DNA of 63,407 nucleotides, filler included, from Octopus bimaculoides (Eukaryota): the NCBI RefSeq assembly GCF_001194135.2. It is 5 parts of 5 records of this genome, joined end to end, with 100 filler letters (N's around TTAATTAATTAA, not from the genome) between each part and the next. Parts side by side here need not be neighbours in the genome. Positions count along the whole stretch, not along the records: positions 26,424 to 35,601 come from NC_069007.1; positions 35,702 to 52,119 come from NC_069005.1; 3 more parts are not named here. One strand, given 5' to 3'. The position numbers and the translations under genes were made by a program. Of this stretch, positions 27,256 to 40,769 are shown one piece after another. Numbering within the stretch: the stretch's first letter is position 1; every line of letters starts with the position of its first letter. The notes under the pieces were generated by a model. It saw only the letters and a program-made list of their open reading frames with translations, did not search any database and was not told the origin of the DNA.

Positions 27256-28789
27256 TGTGTTCAGCTAAGTGGCTGCGGTCATGCTGGTGCACCACCGTGA
27301 TTTTTCTTATGATCTTATATCATACTATATCATATTACATTATGTTTTCAGTGTGTATGAATGGCTTTCGTTGTCTCTTTCTATCTCTTTGCATATATGC
27401 GGCGTTTCAGGCTCTCTGTGCATCACCGCTACACATATTTTCCTTCGTCATTAAAAGTGATCTTAAACCCAATAACATAAACCAATATTTACATCTCTTC
27501 CTCCATTTAATTAATTACACGATTTCATACCATAGATCGATGCAAGCATTTCACTTAAGCCATACTACTAGCTATCAAATTCGCATTTCAATAGAGGCTG
27601 CCCGAAATCCAACCGAGATTTTCTTACGTCAATCAAGCTTGCATTACCAGCACCAATTAATTGCAATGAATGTTCGCATTTCAAAATATATTTTGATGGC
27701 TAATTAAGCTTTATTCTGGTCATCAGTTCAAACTGAATCAAAGAGTCTTGCACCGCAATCATACATTCATATTGATGGACAATAGTGTACAACTGAAATA
27801 GATCACATTTCATTTACTTCTAGTCACTATCAATCCGAGCGAAATTAGCACATCACCTATATCGTTGCTGTTCTCTACATTAGTTGATTCATAAATTTAA
27901 TTATAGTGCAATATACTCCATCACTTGCCTTTGATCTTCGAAAATCATTTCTCTAAATTATTATCTACAATACTATCTATAACACATAATTGTGTGTCTG
28001 TCTCTGTGTGTGTTTGTACGTTTGTGTTTTCCGTGTGTTTTTGATCTACGCATGCAGATCGAAATGAAAGCTAGCGATGAACATGAATCCTCGTTTTTAA
28101 TGACCGAGCTCAAGCTGAGACGGACACAGAGTTGTCTGTTTCGACTCTCGTTTCAAGCCATTTAACTCGTTTTTATTTTATTCATCTTTACATGCGTAAC
28201 ATCTTAATTTAAATTAAAATTAATAGTTATGTAATAATTTTTGACAACGTATATAATTTTCCCCAATTATAAGCAATTTTAATTTGTATGCTAAAACCAT
28301 AATATTTTGACTCCGCTAATCTCCATTCATTTGCATTTTCTAAAAATAAATATTGACAGCCATTGCATGATGGCTTGGTCTGCTAAAAACTGCAGTCAGT
28401 TTTAGATATATCGTACATTTAAAACTATTATATAATATTATATATAAATTGCACAAAATATCTTCTACCTTTTTATTTTTTGCGTCTTCAAGGCATTAGA
28501 CTGCTACCATGATGTAAAATCTTCTTCAAGCGTTTATTTAAAAAAATCCATCTAGTACTTATATTTGAAGTCTGGTAATTATCATATCCGTCTCTTTTGC
28601 CGCTAGTTTACGGGGACGTAATCATACTAACAAGAATTGTTAAGCATCGCGGATGACAAACACAGCCGAAACGCGCTTGCACACACACACACACACACAC
28701 ACTCTCTCTCTCTCTCTTTATGTAGTTGGGGTACTTCCAGTTCGGGATAACTACATCATATCTTGTGATCATGTATTTTGGATTTTATT

Positions 28790-29190
28790 CTTTTATTCTT
28801 CTATTTGTTTCAGTCATTTGACTGCGCCCATGCTGGAGCACCGTCTTCAGTCAAACAAATCGACCCCAGGACTAATTCTTTCTAAGCCTAGTACTTATTC
28901 TATCGGTCTCTCTTGACGAACCGCTAAGTTACGGGGACGTAAACACACCAGCATCGGTTATCATGCGATGGTAAGGGGGACAAACATTGACACACAAACA
29001 CACACATACATATGTATATATAAGATGGGCTTCTTTCAGTTTCCGCCTACCAAAACCACTCAAAAGGCTTTGATCGGCACGAGGCTACAGTAGAAAACAC
29101 TTTCCCAATGTGCCACGCAGTGGGACTGAACCCAGAACTATGTGGTTGTAAGCAAGCTACTCACTACACAGCCACTCCTGCGCCTATGTA
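28790..29190 (-). mobile_element. Family A tRNA-headed SINE, near full length, CpG-intact
   Basis: The sense strand begins GGCGCAGGAGTGGCTGTGT (A box) ... GGTTCAGTCCC (B box), then an internal microsatellite and the ...ccccgtaacttagcggttc...cagtcaaatgactgaaac tail. Confidence 0.85.
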
Positions 29191-29329
29191 TATATTCTAT
29201 TTCATTTTTCGCAGCAGTTTCCTTTCGTCGCGTTATCCTTTTATGAAAACTCTCATGAAAATTGTAAAACTTCATTGTAATTTGCCCTTCAGTTGATACC
29301 GCTGTGGTGAATCAAAGAAATCCCTTTGA

Positions 29330-29530
29330 ATATTGGTTTGAAATTTTGGCACAAGGGGGAAACGTCTATTGCATCTAACCCATTGCTCAATAGGTACTGA
29401 TTTTATAGACGCCGAATGTAAGGAAAGCATTTGAACTCCGAAATAATAATAGGCAATGTCGACCTCGGTGGTGTTTGATCTCAAAAACTAGCGACTGACA
29501 AAATGCCACTAATTATTTTGCCAACAGACC
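29330..29530 (-). mobile_element. Family B SINE, diverged
   Basis: aaattttggcacaagg...ggtactgattttatagacgccgaa...gtcgacctcggtgg. Confidence 0.65.
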
Positions 29531-30203
29531 ACCATAATCATTTTGAATGCTATCATTTAAATCTTATCTTTCGACTAATGATAGTTTTCTTCCTGATTCG
29601 CATTCTAAATGAATAAAGAGAGAATTGTTATCGGTGTTATAATAGCAATTTAATTTGGATAAAATCGTCGGTCAATTCCGTATTTGGTTTCGTTTTCTTT
29701 TCCTTTTGTCTCTTTTTATATCCAGAGATTGATTAGAAGTGTCATTCAATATAACTGTTTAGGATAAAATAAATACGTGAATAACTTGGAACGAGACGAA
29801 AAATAATTTCCCCATACGTGACACCAATGCTTTAACGTACCTATGTAAGAAAATAGATGAAATGAGACTAATTTAAGTTTCAATTCACTCATGTTAGACA
29901 ATGATTTAATTAGGTTCGGATTTCACCGTGTTTTTGATTTTGTTCCTGTTGCCAAGCAACGGGGTAATTCTAATCAAACGCGCACAAAGTAATCCGACTG
30001 CAACCCTCCCATATTTTATTTAGGCAGAGACGATAGAGTTTGAAGCAGATTACTGCGGTTCGTTATTCTTATTTCTCTTTATATAGTTATATACATACAA
30101 TCGTAGATACACACACACACATATATATATATATTGTTTGTTTATATCTAATACACACACACATATGTAAATATGTATATACATATACAAGGTATATATA
30201 TAT

Positions 30204-30239
<36 letters not shown>

Positions 30240-30249
30240 GACGGTGACG

Positions 30250-30318
30250 ATAACACAGCAACATCGGTTGTCAAATGATGGTCGATGAACAAATACAGAC
30301 ACACAAATACACACACAT

Positions 30319-30376
<58 letters not shown>

Positions 30377-30500
30377 GACAGGCTTATTTCAGTTTCCATC
30401 TATCAAATCCACTCACAAGGCTTTAGTTGACCCGAGGTTATAGTAGAAGACATCGGAACCGTATGGTTGTTAAGCAAGATACTTGCCACACAGCCATTTC
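30250..30500 (-). mobile_element. Family A SINE, partial
   Basis: catcggttgtcaaatgatgg...ggcttatttcagtttccatctatcaaatccactcacaaggc. Confidence 0.7.
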
Positions 30501-30807
30501 TGTATCTAGAAAATATATACACACATTATATATCTACGTATATGTGTATATGTGTCTGTCTGTGTCTGTGTATACATATATATGTGTGTTTGTGTTGTGT
30601 GAGTTGTGAGTGTGTATAGACAATGTGACCTCGTAAACCAGATGCACCAATGATAAGAATAAATAAGATGATACCTCAATGTATATAAATATATGAAACT
30701 ATGCGAAGATCTTCAAAATTACAGACACAAACCTTGCACGCACACAAAATTACGCAGTCATTCCAACCATACACAAGCACACTCACACACATACATACAT
30801 GCATGCA

Positions 30808-30844
<37 letters not shown>

Positions 30845-31029
30845 NNNNNNNNNNNNNNNNNNNNNNNNNNNNNNNNNNNNNNNNNNNNNNNNNNNNNNNN
30901 NNNNNNNNNNNNNNNNNNNNNNNNNNNNNNNNNNNNNNNNNNNNNNNNNNNNNNNNNNNNNNNNNNNNNNNNNNNNNNNNNNNNNNNNNNNNNNNNNNNN
31001 NNNNNNNNNNNNNNNNNNNNNNNNNNNNN

Positions 31030-31077
<48 letters not shown>

Positions 31078-32045
31078 GAGAGGTAGATATAGATAGATAG
31101 GTAGATAGATATATAGATTGATAGGTAGATATAGATAAATATATGTGTGTGTGTGTGTTTGTGTGTGCATGCTTGCGTGTATATATGAATGTGTTTGTGT
31201 GTATGTGTGTATATATATATATATATATATTAAAATTAAAAATGTGTTTGAGTGTATCTGTGCGTACGTGTGTGTGTCTGAATACGGTATCATATACTTA
31301 AAACACTTCTTTTACCATTTTCTATTCGAATACATATACACACCTACAGAGCTTTAAATTCTTGCTGTGAAATGAATCTGGAGGGTATTTATTTTTAAAA
31401 CTATAAATTTATTTTGGTAACATCAAAGTTTAAATTATTCCTGCTGTGATGGTCTCTTCGTAATTTTCGAAAACTAGTGGAAAGGTTGGAGAGATTCTAG
31501 TAAACAACTATGTCTTTTATCAATTTGGTTATTCTTGCCTCGCTAGTACTTCCTCTCTAGGTGTTGATTTACCGGTATCGCTTAGTCCGAAACACACATA
31601 AGAACACTATCTCTTGATATTTCTCTCAGTTGCAGCTTTTTGCTTCTACTTTCTGCTGGCGAAGAATTCCGCCACGTTTTGCGGGAGAACTGCGTCTGAG
31701 ATTGTCTGTCCCTGCTGTCTCTAAAATTAATTCTTTCGTCCTAGCGTCTTCAGCTTGTGGTTTGTTCACACTCAGATACATTCTGATTCTTACATTTCCG
31801 CATCTGGTAGTACTAAATGTCTCGTAACATGTTACGCATTAACCCATTAAGTCCCACTGTCCTATAAATAAGACACTAAATGAGAACGTTAAAAATGCTA
31901 TATGACATTGTCTCACTGTACTATTTATAGGACACCGAGTAAAGGAGTTTTAATTTTTATTTTTTTCCATTTTAACCTATTTTCAATCATCTGCAAAAAT
32001 TCGTAATACTCAGAAATTTAAGTACTCTGAGACTTAATGGATTAA

Positions 32046-32545
32046 AAAGGCTGCGAGCTGTTAGAATCGTTAGCATGCCGGAAAAAGGCTTAGCAGTGTC
32101 TCGTTCTGAGTTCAAATTCCGCCGAGGTGGACTTAGCCTTTCATATTCGGAGTTTGACCAATAAATACAAGTTGAGCGATGTAATCGATTAGCCCCTACC
32201 CAGAACCGGCTGGCCCTCTACTGAAATTTGAAACCAATATTTTATGTTGCATATAATAAGCGGTGAGCTGGTAGAATTAGCAAAGCCAGTTAAAAACTAA
32301 GCGATATTTCGTCCGTCTTTACATTCTGAAGTCGAACACCATCTTGGGCCCTATAACATAAGTACAAGTTGAGCACTGGGGGGGGGGTGATCTATTTATC
32401 CCTTCTCTTACAATTATTGGCCTTGTACCAATATTTTGCGCAGAATTTCTTCTGTACAAGAAGAATTTGAACTCAAAACGTAAAGAGAGACAAAATTTAC
32501 ATAAATATTTTGCCCGACGTGACAACGATTTTGCCAGCTCGCCTC
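32046..32545. mobile_element. Family B SINE cluster (Nin/Deu-like core): + copy, + head and - copy
   Basis: aaggcggcgagctggcagaa head, gttctgagttcaaattccgccgagg B-box region, and ctttcatcctttcggggtcgataaa...agtacc core that resembles my recollection of the Nin/Deu SINE domain. Confidence 0.75.
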
Positions 32546-32985
32546 GTTAAGATTGACTACGTATTAGTCCCTTTGTTTTTGGTTCTTTTTTTGTTATATG
32601 TTCTTTCTTTTTCAGCCTCTATACACCGACATCATCTAAAGCTCTATTGACTTCCATAAGCTTATTCCTGAAAACTATTTTAACAATAGAGAAACACCAA
32701 TAACAAAACACAAGGATGCAATCTCCTGCCATCTTCTCTGCAAATGGACAATTTATAATAACATCTCTCAAAATATAACATCACTTAAAACATAATAACA
32801 TCTCTCAAAATTGGTGACGATCTTAGATCATCATTATTTTGTTCAAAAATCTAAGTCTTAGAATAAATGAAGTCTCTCAATACGATTAATTTTTTTGAAC
32901 ATGTAAGTTCACCATAAAATTACTGCTAAACTATATAACAAAGGGTTTATGTTACACTACACTCACAGAAGTGTATATTTGTATA

Positions 32986-33184
32986 CAGCAATCCCTCGGC
33001 TATCACAGGTGTTACGTTCCAAAAACCTCCCACAGAAATAATTAGAGTCCAAAAAAAAATAAATATTTATCGGTTGCAGAAACCCACGGTATAGTGAGGA
33101 GTCCGAGATATAAATTTACATATATTAGCCAGAAAAATCCGCGATGTACTGAGAGTTGAACCCCGATACGGTGAGGGATTATTG
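32986..33184. mobile_element. Tigger/pogo-like MITE with TA target duplication
   Basis: TA|CAGCAATCCCTCG ... GAGGGATTATTG|TA terminal inverted repeats, about 200 bp, non-coding. Confidence 0.65.
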
Positions 33185-33269
33185 TATAACATTACTGTAC
33201 AACATACGTGTCAGCCTCTGCAATATTTGAATGTCACCGCTATTGTAAACTATATAATAAATTACTTAC

Positions 33270-33915
33270 CAGTATTTCGTCTGTCTTGACGTTCTGAGTT
33301 CAAATTCCGCCGAGGTCGACTTTGCATTTCATCTTTTCAGGATCGATAAATTAAGTACCAGGTGGGGGTCGATCTCATCGACTGCCCCACCACCACAAAA
33401 ATTTCGGGCCTTTTGCCTAGAGTAGAAAAGGATATTCTTTAATCGTCCGAGAAAGACGGTTCTGCTATTTCTGGCTGAACAACCGGCATAAAAGATTTGT
33501 TTATATTTTTTTCTACTCTTGGCAGAAGGCCCAAAATTTTAGGGGAGTGAAGCCAGTCGATTAGATCGACCCCAGTATGGAAACGGTACATAATTTATCG
33601 ACCCCGAAAAGATGAAAGGCAAAGTCAGCCTCGGCAGAATTTGAACTCAGAATGTAAAGTCAGACGAAATACCGCTACACATTTCGACCGGCGTGCTAAC
33701 GTTTCTTATTTCTTTATTGCCCACAAGGGGACAAACAAGGACAGACAAAGGAATTAAGTCGATTAAATCGACCACAGTGCGTAACTGGTACTTCATTTAT
33801 CGACCCTGAAAAGATGACAGGCAAGGTCGACCTCGGTGGAATTTGAACTCAGAACGTAAAGACAGACGAAATACCGCTACGCATTTCGCCCGGCGTGCTA
33901 ACTTTTCTGCCAGCA
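33270..33915. mobile_element. Three family B SINEs (+ 33270-33430, - 33520-33720, - 33760-33915)
   Basis: Same family B consensus, CpG-intact. Confidence 0.8.
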
Positions 33916-34743
33916 CGCCACCTTTAGATACGATTATATAGATAAAATGTATGTCATGTTATATTATGTACATTCACTCACTTGCTCCATGAAATTAATT
34001 GTCTCAATAGATGCACGGTGTACTACAGTTGTGTATCAAAGAGATTGCCAGACAACACGAGATTAAATTTTTCATTCTAGAACACAACGCACCACCCGGT
34101 CCAGGATTTGAATCCACAATCTCGTGATCGTGAATGCGACACCCTTACCACGAGGCCATAGAGAGAAAGATCACACGTAACTTACAATTGGGACATTGCT
34201 TTTTACGTTTCGTTATTTTTGCTTTGATTGAATAATAGAATTTAAATTGTGAATAAATTTAATTTTAGAACAGATAATATATTAAATCAACTTCAAAATT
34301 GAAAAGACAAACTACAAGGAAGACAGTTTAATATAAATGAAGAAAATGTCAGAGCAATTTTCAAAAATGATCAGGAGTCAGAGCCAATGTGATCTCTGCT
34401 TCTTCAATTATTTTGCAACATACACATTGAGAAGAAATAACATGAGGAGCACAAAGATATGAGGCTATAGTTTTGCATATAAAAAAAAGCCATATTTTGA
34501 CAACATACATGTCCATGTGTGAATCGCTTTTCTCACTCTCTTTCATCATGTTAATCCCTAGACATTTGTTGTCTCGCTCTCTCTCTCTCTCTCTCTCTCA
34601 CACACATACACACACGCTCCCTCTTGTCTTCTTTCCAATTTTTTCTCTCAACACTGAGAGTAGGCTTGAATCGTAAAAGACGCCTCCCTTTTTCCCGAGC
34701 GCCAAACATGCTTGTCTTCGTATTTTGGCATCTATAAATTTGA

Positions 34744-34779
<36 letters not shown>

Positions 34780-34814
34780 TTACATACATACATACATGTA
34801 TATATTTATTCTTC

Positions 34815-35110
34815 ATTTACTTGTTTAGCTCATTTGACTGCGGCCATGCTGGAACACCACCTTTACTCAAACAAATTGACTCCAGAACTTATTATTTTTA
34901 AGTCTGGTACTTATTCTATCGGTCGCTATTGCTGAGCCGCTAAGTCACGGGGACGTACGCACACCAACATCTGTTGTCAAGCGATTGTTGGGGACAAACA
35001 CATGCACACAAATATATATACGCACTGGGACTAAATCTGGAACCATGTGGTTGGTAAGGAAGGTACTTCCCACACAGTCACTCTTGCGCCACACATCCAC
35101 TCCTGCAACT
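34815..35110 (-). mobile_element. Family A SINE
   Basis: catttgactgcggccatgctgg...gctaagtcacggggacg...accatgtggttggtaagg. Confidence 0.8.
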
Positions 35111-35601
35111 TAATACACTCCTGCATGTAATAGATCATCCAGGAGAGTACTGCATTAGCTCTGAGGTATACTCCAGGTTTCCACTGACCTCATCATGTGG
35201 TAAGAGACATCAATGACCACTTAATATGAGCAATTGCGCTGTAATTTTTCTGATTGGTAAATCCGGGTTCGCTTTTCTGGATACACGTGTCGGTCATTTC
35301 AAGTATGATGTATGACCAACTGTAAAATTAAAAGAAAGCAATCGATGTATCCTTTATAATTGTTTGGTGTGTGTAGATAGATAGACAGATAGATAGATGA
35401 ACAGTACTATACAAACATTGTCTTCCGGGTGTATGATTAGAGGTTAAACCTACCCGGAATGTTTTGGGGATTATCATAACCAGTTACTATGGATTTCAAA
35501 CGATAAAAATATATCCACACATGAATAATTATAGATAAAAATATATATATATATATTCATACAGAAATATACACTAAGTAAATTTTATATATATATATAT
35601 A

Positions 35602-35701
35602 NNNNNNNNNNNNNNNNNNNNNNNNNNNNNNNNNNNNNNNNNNNNTTAATTAATTAANNNNNNNNNNNNNNNNNNNNNNNNNNNNNNNNNNNNNNNNNNN
35701 N
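35602..35701. other. Assembly scaffolding gap
   Basis: Same 44+12+44 structure. Confidence 0.95.
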
Positions 35702-35741
<40 letters not shown>

Positions 35742-36629
35742 TAAATAAACTTAGCAGCCTTGAGTGAGTTGGTATTTTTGCAAAAATAAAGGAATTCTTG
35801 AATGCAGGGCGGCTGTGAAGACAACTTAGAAAATTGGGTAAATACCCTTATAAAATGGTAAAAAGTGGCCAGCACACATACATATATATTCCTGTAAATG
35901 ATTTAATAATCCCATAAATGAACAGAAAAAAATTAATAGATGTGTCCTTGTTGCTGCAGATAGCACCAGTTTGCCCTTCTTATTGACTCTTTATATTTTT
36001 ATGATTTAATATTATAAGGAATTGTATAAAAAAATTCTTAAAATATTTTGTGTATTGCAGAAGTGCAACCAAATTTATTGTACAAGAATTTTAACAACAA
36101 AATCTTACAGGGCCTTCAGGGGTCACATTGACTCTGGTTAAGAAACACTGCTCTAAATGAACAGGATTATAATCTGGTTGTACTTATAAAAAGTGCTGCT
36201 TTAATGGATCAGGCTCCAAACCACATAGTAAACCAATTTAATATTTATTTATTATATGCAAAAATAAATTGTTTTTTTTTATATGATAAAGGCTACAAAA
36301 TGATCATAGTTATATGGATGTCAATTGGTGAAATCATTTTCTTTCATCTAATAATTATATACACATAGTGTGTGTGTGTGTGTGTGTGTGTGTGTTTCCT
36401 TGTCTTGACATCATGTATACAATGTAACAAAGCATCAACATCATACACGCTTGAGTCATTCATTTCTTTGCGAACGTGTCTGACGATATTTCCTTGCTTG
36501 GAAATAGTTAAAGGTTGTTGATAGGAAATGCTTGCAGCCAGAGAAAATCTGCCTCAATTCTTTCTGACCCATAGAATCATGGAAAAGGGAATGCTAAATG
36601 CTGACTGTAATGTAATATTAGCTTCAAAT

Positions 36630-36815
36630 TTTAGCACAAGGCCAGGAAATTTGGGTAAGTGGGTAAGTCAATTACATTGACCCTCAGTGTTCAACTGGTA
36701 CTTATTTTATTGACCCTGAAAGAATGAAAGTCAACCCCAGCAAAATTTGAACTCTGATTGTAATGCCACTCAGCATTTTGTCTGACACAGTAACACTTCT
36801 GCTAGCTCATCACCT
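36630..36815 (-). mobile_element. Family B SINE, CpG-decayed
   Basis: ttttagcacaaggcc...ggtacttattttattgaccctgaaagaatgaaag...atttgaactc. Confidence 0.7.
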
Positions 36816-36929
36816 TCATAATGACTATATTATAAAGTTATTGACACTTTTCTGAAATATCATTACATTTCTCTTAATATTTTCATTTTTAATATTTCTT
36901 TTACTTCACAACATCAACATCTTCTCAAG

Positions 36930-37183
36930 GGTATTGCAAAAGCTTTCAGTATTTCCTATCACTGCACTAAAGTGCGTAAGTGGATGCTCACAGTTCTAGA
37001 GAATGGAATCCGATGGATGCAACGTTATTGCAGTCATACTGGTGAAGTTACTATATACATTGTTGAACCTATCCTTAAAAAGAAAGACCTACATCTAAAA
37101 ACAATTATGTCCATTGATTCAGATGGAGTTTCTACTGTGTTAAACATTCCATCTATCATTCGAAGAAATGCAAACTTATTTAA
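36930..37183 (+). CDS. EFCAB5: EFCAB5-like gene, internal exon A (GIAKAFSISYHCTKVRKWMLTVLENGIRWMQRYCSHTGEVTIYIVEPILKKKDLHLKTIMSIDSDGVSTVLNIPSIIRRNANLF-K)
   Basis: Acceptor ctcaAG at 36928-36929 and donor GTGAGT at 37184. 254 nt, phase 0 to phase 2, no stops. The peptide resembles my recollection of vertebrate EFCAB5 (GVANVFSTAYHYV...GIGWL...TYFVEP...RKSCIFRD); recalled from memory, not a search. Confidence 0.85.
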
Positions 37184-37439
37184 GTGAGTATAATGTTATA
37201 TTATATATATTTATCGCTCTATGTCGAAATGGGGTTTTATTTGTTTCTCCAATCAGTTCTTTGGCACCTGTTTATAATGTTGATCATTCAAACTGAAGTG
37301 AATTCTAATTTGGAAAATACATAAAATCAAAACAAATTTCTCATTTGTATATTCACAATAAATATATGTTATTAATAGCAATAATACTGTTTAACTATCA
37401 ATTTATTACAGATGTAGTTATCTTATATGTTGTTTTTTT

Positions 37440-37825
37440 GTTGTTTACTTGTTTCAGTCATTTGATTGCATTCATGCTGGGGCACCACCTTGAAGGGATT
37501 TAGTTGAACAAATCAACCCCAAGACTTACTTTTTTTTTCCTTTAAGCATTGTACTTATTCTATCAGTCTTTGTTGTTAAACAACTAAGCTATGGGGATGT
37601 AAACACACCAACACTGGTTGTCAAGCAGTGGTGGGGGACAAACACAGACACAAAGACACACAAACACATAGATGTACACATAATATGTATGACAGGCTTC
37701 TTTCAGCTTCTGTCTACCAAGCTCACTCACAAGGTATTAGTAGGTATGGTAGAAAACACTTGCCCAAAGTGCCATGAACCCAGAACCATGTGGTTGGGAA
37801 GCAAGCTTCTTACCACACATCCGCA
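37440..37825 (-). mobile_element. Family A SINE, CpG-decayed, in an EFCAB5 intron
   Basis: Same consensus as the other family A copies, with CG changed to TG/CA at most sites. Confidence 0.8.
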
Positions 37826-38174
37826 TTCATTTGATATTCCCAACATTACCCATCATAATGGGCAACAGTCTAATTAGTATATAATAATGGGAGATAAATC
37901 CAGCAAGATGAGAGTTGTCTCCCTACTGGGATGAACAAACATAAAGAAACGAGTGGTTTATGAAAGTGCAGAAACTGTTTTAAACTCTTGATAAAGAAGA
38001 AAAGAGGGAGAAGGGAAGGATAAAGTGGTTTTGTCATTTATGTTAGATTACAACCAAAATGACAACAACAACAAAAATGACACTGCCTTTCTCACTCTCT
38101 TGTGAAAGATAAGAGCATGAAAACAGAGATTGTTCACTTTTCGCAGAAATTTAACTTATTTAACTTTACAAATA

Positions 38175-38364
38175 ATGGGTGCAAGCATGGCTGTGTGTTG
38201 AGATGTTTGCTTCCCAACCACATGGGCAAGTACCTTCTACTTCAGACCCAGGTCAACTAAGGCCTTGTTGGTGGGTTTGGTAGACAGAACATGAAAGAAC
38301 CCCATTGTGCATGTATGTGTGTGTGTGTGTGTGTGTCTCTCTCTCTCTATATATATATATTATA

Positions 38365-38405
<41 letters not shown>

Positions 38406-38473
38406 NNNNNNNNNNNNNNNNNNNNNNNNNNNNNNNNNNNNNNNNNNNNNNNNNNNNNNNNNNNNNATATATT

Positions 38474-38506
<33 letters not shown>

Positions 38507-38820
38507 ATATCATCATCATCATCATCATTTAATGTCCATTGTCCATACTGGCATGAGTTGGTAGGTTTAACCAGAGCTGGCAAGCTGAGGAGCTGCACCA
38601 GACTCCAGTCTGATTTGGCATGGTTTCTACAGCAGGATGCTCTTCCTAATACCACGTATATGTGTATGTTTGTCTGTCTGTCTCCTATCACCATTTGACA
38701 ACTGGTGTTGGTGTATTTATGCCCCTGTAACTTAGCAGTTCAGCAATAAGAGAATGTGTACCAAGCTTAAAAGCATAAAAATAAGTATTGGTTTAATTTG
38801 TTTGATTAAAATCTTCAAGG
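38175..38820 (+). mobile_element. Family A SINE (head 38175-38310, tail about 38660-38820) split by microsatellite, gap and a family C insert
   Basis: gggtgcaagcatggctgtgtg head; gacaactggtgttggtg...cccctgtaacttagcagttc tail. Confidence 0.65.
38510..38655 (-). mobile_element. Family C tail fragment inserted in a family A SINE
   Basis: (CAT)n-tttaatgtcc...ggtttctacagcaggatgctcttcctaat, the reverse complement of the family C tail, CpG-decayed. Confidence 0.6.
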
Positions 38821-38890
38821 CCTATAAGCTGTGCCTATACAGAACTGTTTGTTTATTTATATATTGGCCAGCATCTTGTTTACTTTGCAG

Positions 38891-39147
38891 GAACTATTTG
38901 TTTCATTGCTTGGATTGCTCTATGACTGTAACTGCCACCTCTTACAACCAATACCACATAGCTTACCCTATCCGTGGTAAGGATGGTAAGGTGTACTTAA
39001 TTGTGGATATTATTACAAAGAAGCTGATCAATCATTTACCAAACTATGAACTCAATGAATTACTGAGAATTCTTAGACTGCTACAAGCAGCTTACAAGGA
39101 AATCTGGAATGAGCTATGGGAAAGCGAAGAGCCTAACACATTTCTTG
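38891..39147 (+). CDS. EFCAB5: EFCAB5-like gene, internal exon B (NYLFHCLDCSMTVTATSYNQYHIAYPIRGKDGKVYLIVDI...LRLLQAAYKEIWNELWESEEPNTFL)
   Basis: Acceptor tactttgcAG at 38889-38890 and donor GTAAGT at 39148. 257 nt, phase 2 to phase 1, matching exon A (AA+G = Lys). Resembles recalled EFCAB5 FLFKCTDSSEVV...HIVVPLR...QVACYEI. Confidence 0.87.
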
Positions 39148-39199
39148 GTAAGTTCCATCAATTTCTGGTTAATTGCTTCATCTTGGATCCCTTTCAATT

Positions 39200-39425
39200 A
39201 TGAACGATGATTTGGATTACACCTAGAAAGTTTCTCTCTGAGGCACAAGTCCAGGCAAGGCTATTTATGGAAGACCAGCAGTCACCCATGCATACCAGCC
39301 TCCCCTCTCCATGCCACTGATTTTATCCAAGAGAAAGGCAGAAGCCAATACAGCTTGGCACCAGTGACATCACAACTCATTTCTACAACTGAGCGAACTG
39401 GAGCAGCGTAAAATAGTGTCTTGCT
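39200..39425. mobile_element. Additional SINE-like repeat (family D); related head fragments at about 18060-18240 and 34070-34160
   Basis: ggaagaccagcagtcacccatgcataccagcctcccc...ctcatttctacaactgagcgaactggagc. The family assignment is from pattern recognition only. Confidence 0.5.
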
Positions 39426-39897
39426 TTTAATTCAGACTTATTCTAATCAGATTTTATATATCACTTAATTTCATTGGATTTAAGATAACGCAACACATAC
39501 TTAAAAAAAAAAAAACTTTCACTATGATGACAAGTTGTTGTTGTTGAGAGAGACATTCAGTGAGAGAGAGATAGATAGATAGATAGAGAGAGAGAGAGTG
39601 TGTGTGTGTGTGTATGAAAGAATTTACTCTCGCATTCACATTGCTCTGTCAAATGTAATGTTTATTTATTTATATTGTTTTCAACTAATTCTTCATCATG
39701 TTGTAGTGTTGAGATTTCAAAGATGTGATTGTATATTTTCAAAATGACATTGTAGGGTAGTTGCAAGAGGCAGGATCTGGCCAGTTTGAACTTAAAATGG
39801 AGAGATATGGCTGGATTAAATGCTAAAGGGTTAAAATTTGTTTCAAGAAAGAAAATACAGTTTGTGTTGTTGTTGAGAGAAGAATACAGTGAGAGAT

Positions 39898-39929
<32 letters not shown>

Positions 39930-40299
39930 TGTGTGAAAGATAGATAGATAGGCCAATTGTTATCACCATAGTAATTAACAAGATTTTCACCATATAGCAG
40001 TCTACTATTAAAAGAAGCTAGGTACATGCATGAATAACAAATATTTTTATTGGCAATGTAACAACAGGTAAAGACATAGTTTATTTTAATTAATAGCTTC
40101 TAGGTCAGCATTGATCAACCAGATATATGATTTATAGCTCTCCAGCCTTGACCATCCCATCCCATTTTTTTCTTACATAGATGACGTATTTAAGAGTACA
40201 TTATTAAAACTAAAACACTAATATTAAATTACTCTTTCAGTCTTAAAGCTTAAACTTTGTGTGTATGTGTGTGTGTGTAGGTTTTTACAAACTGTTAGC

Positions 40300-40540
40300 A
40301 TCATCATTTAATGTCCATTTTCCATACTGGCATGGTTGAACAGTTTGGCTAGAGGTGATAAGGTCAGGCGCTACACCAGACTCCATTGTGTTCTGGCATA
40401 GTTTCTATGATTGGATGCCCCTTCTAATACCAGCCACTCTACAGAGTGTACTGGGTGCTTTTTATGTGGCACCTGCACCAGTGCATTTTATATGGCACCA
40501 GCACCAGTGAGTTTAATATGGCACCAGCACCGGTATCGAT
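40300..40540 (-). mobile_element. Family C fragment
   Basis: catcatcatttaatgtcc...ggatgccccttctaataccagccactctacagagtgtactgggtgctttt. Confidence 0.6.
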
Positions 40541-40769
40541 TCTGCTGTTGAAATTTTTATGTGGGTGAAATTTTTCCTGATAACCAAGGTTCCCTACACC
40601 AGATGTAGGGGCTGCTTTGTTGGCTTAATCAGGGGTTGTAATAAACGAAGGTTAATCTAATTAACTATCCCTCCCTGTTTCTCTAGAAATATGTGGCTTT
40701 TGTGTCAATATAAGAAATAAAATTATGACTCCTCCCCATTACACAGGTCTGGCAAAATCATTAAGGTAT

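Noticed and set aside
31840-31953. piggyBac-like MITE (TTAA ends, gtcctataaata inverted repeat)
   Set aside because: Only a 12-bp exact inverted match; too weak to call.
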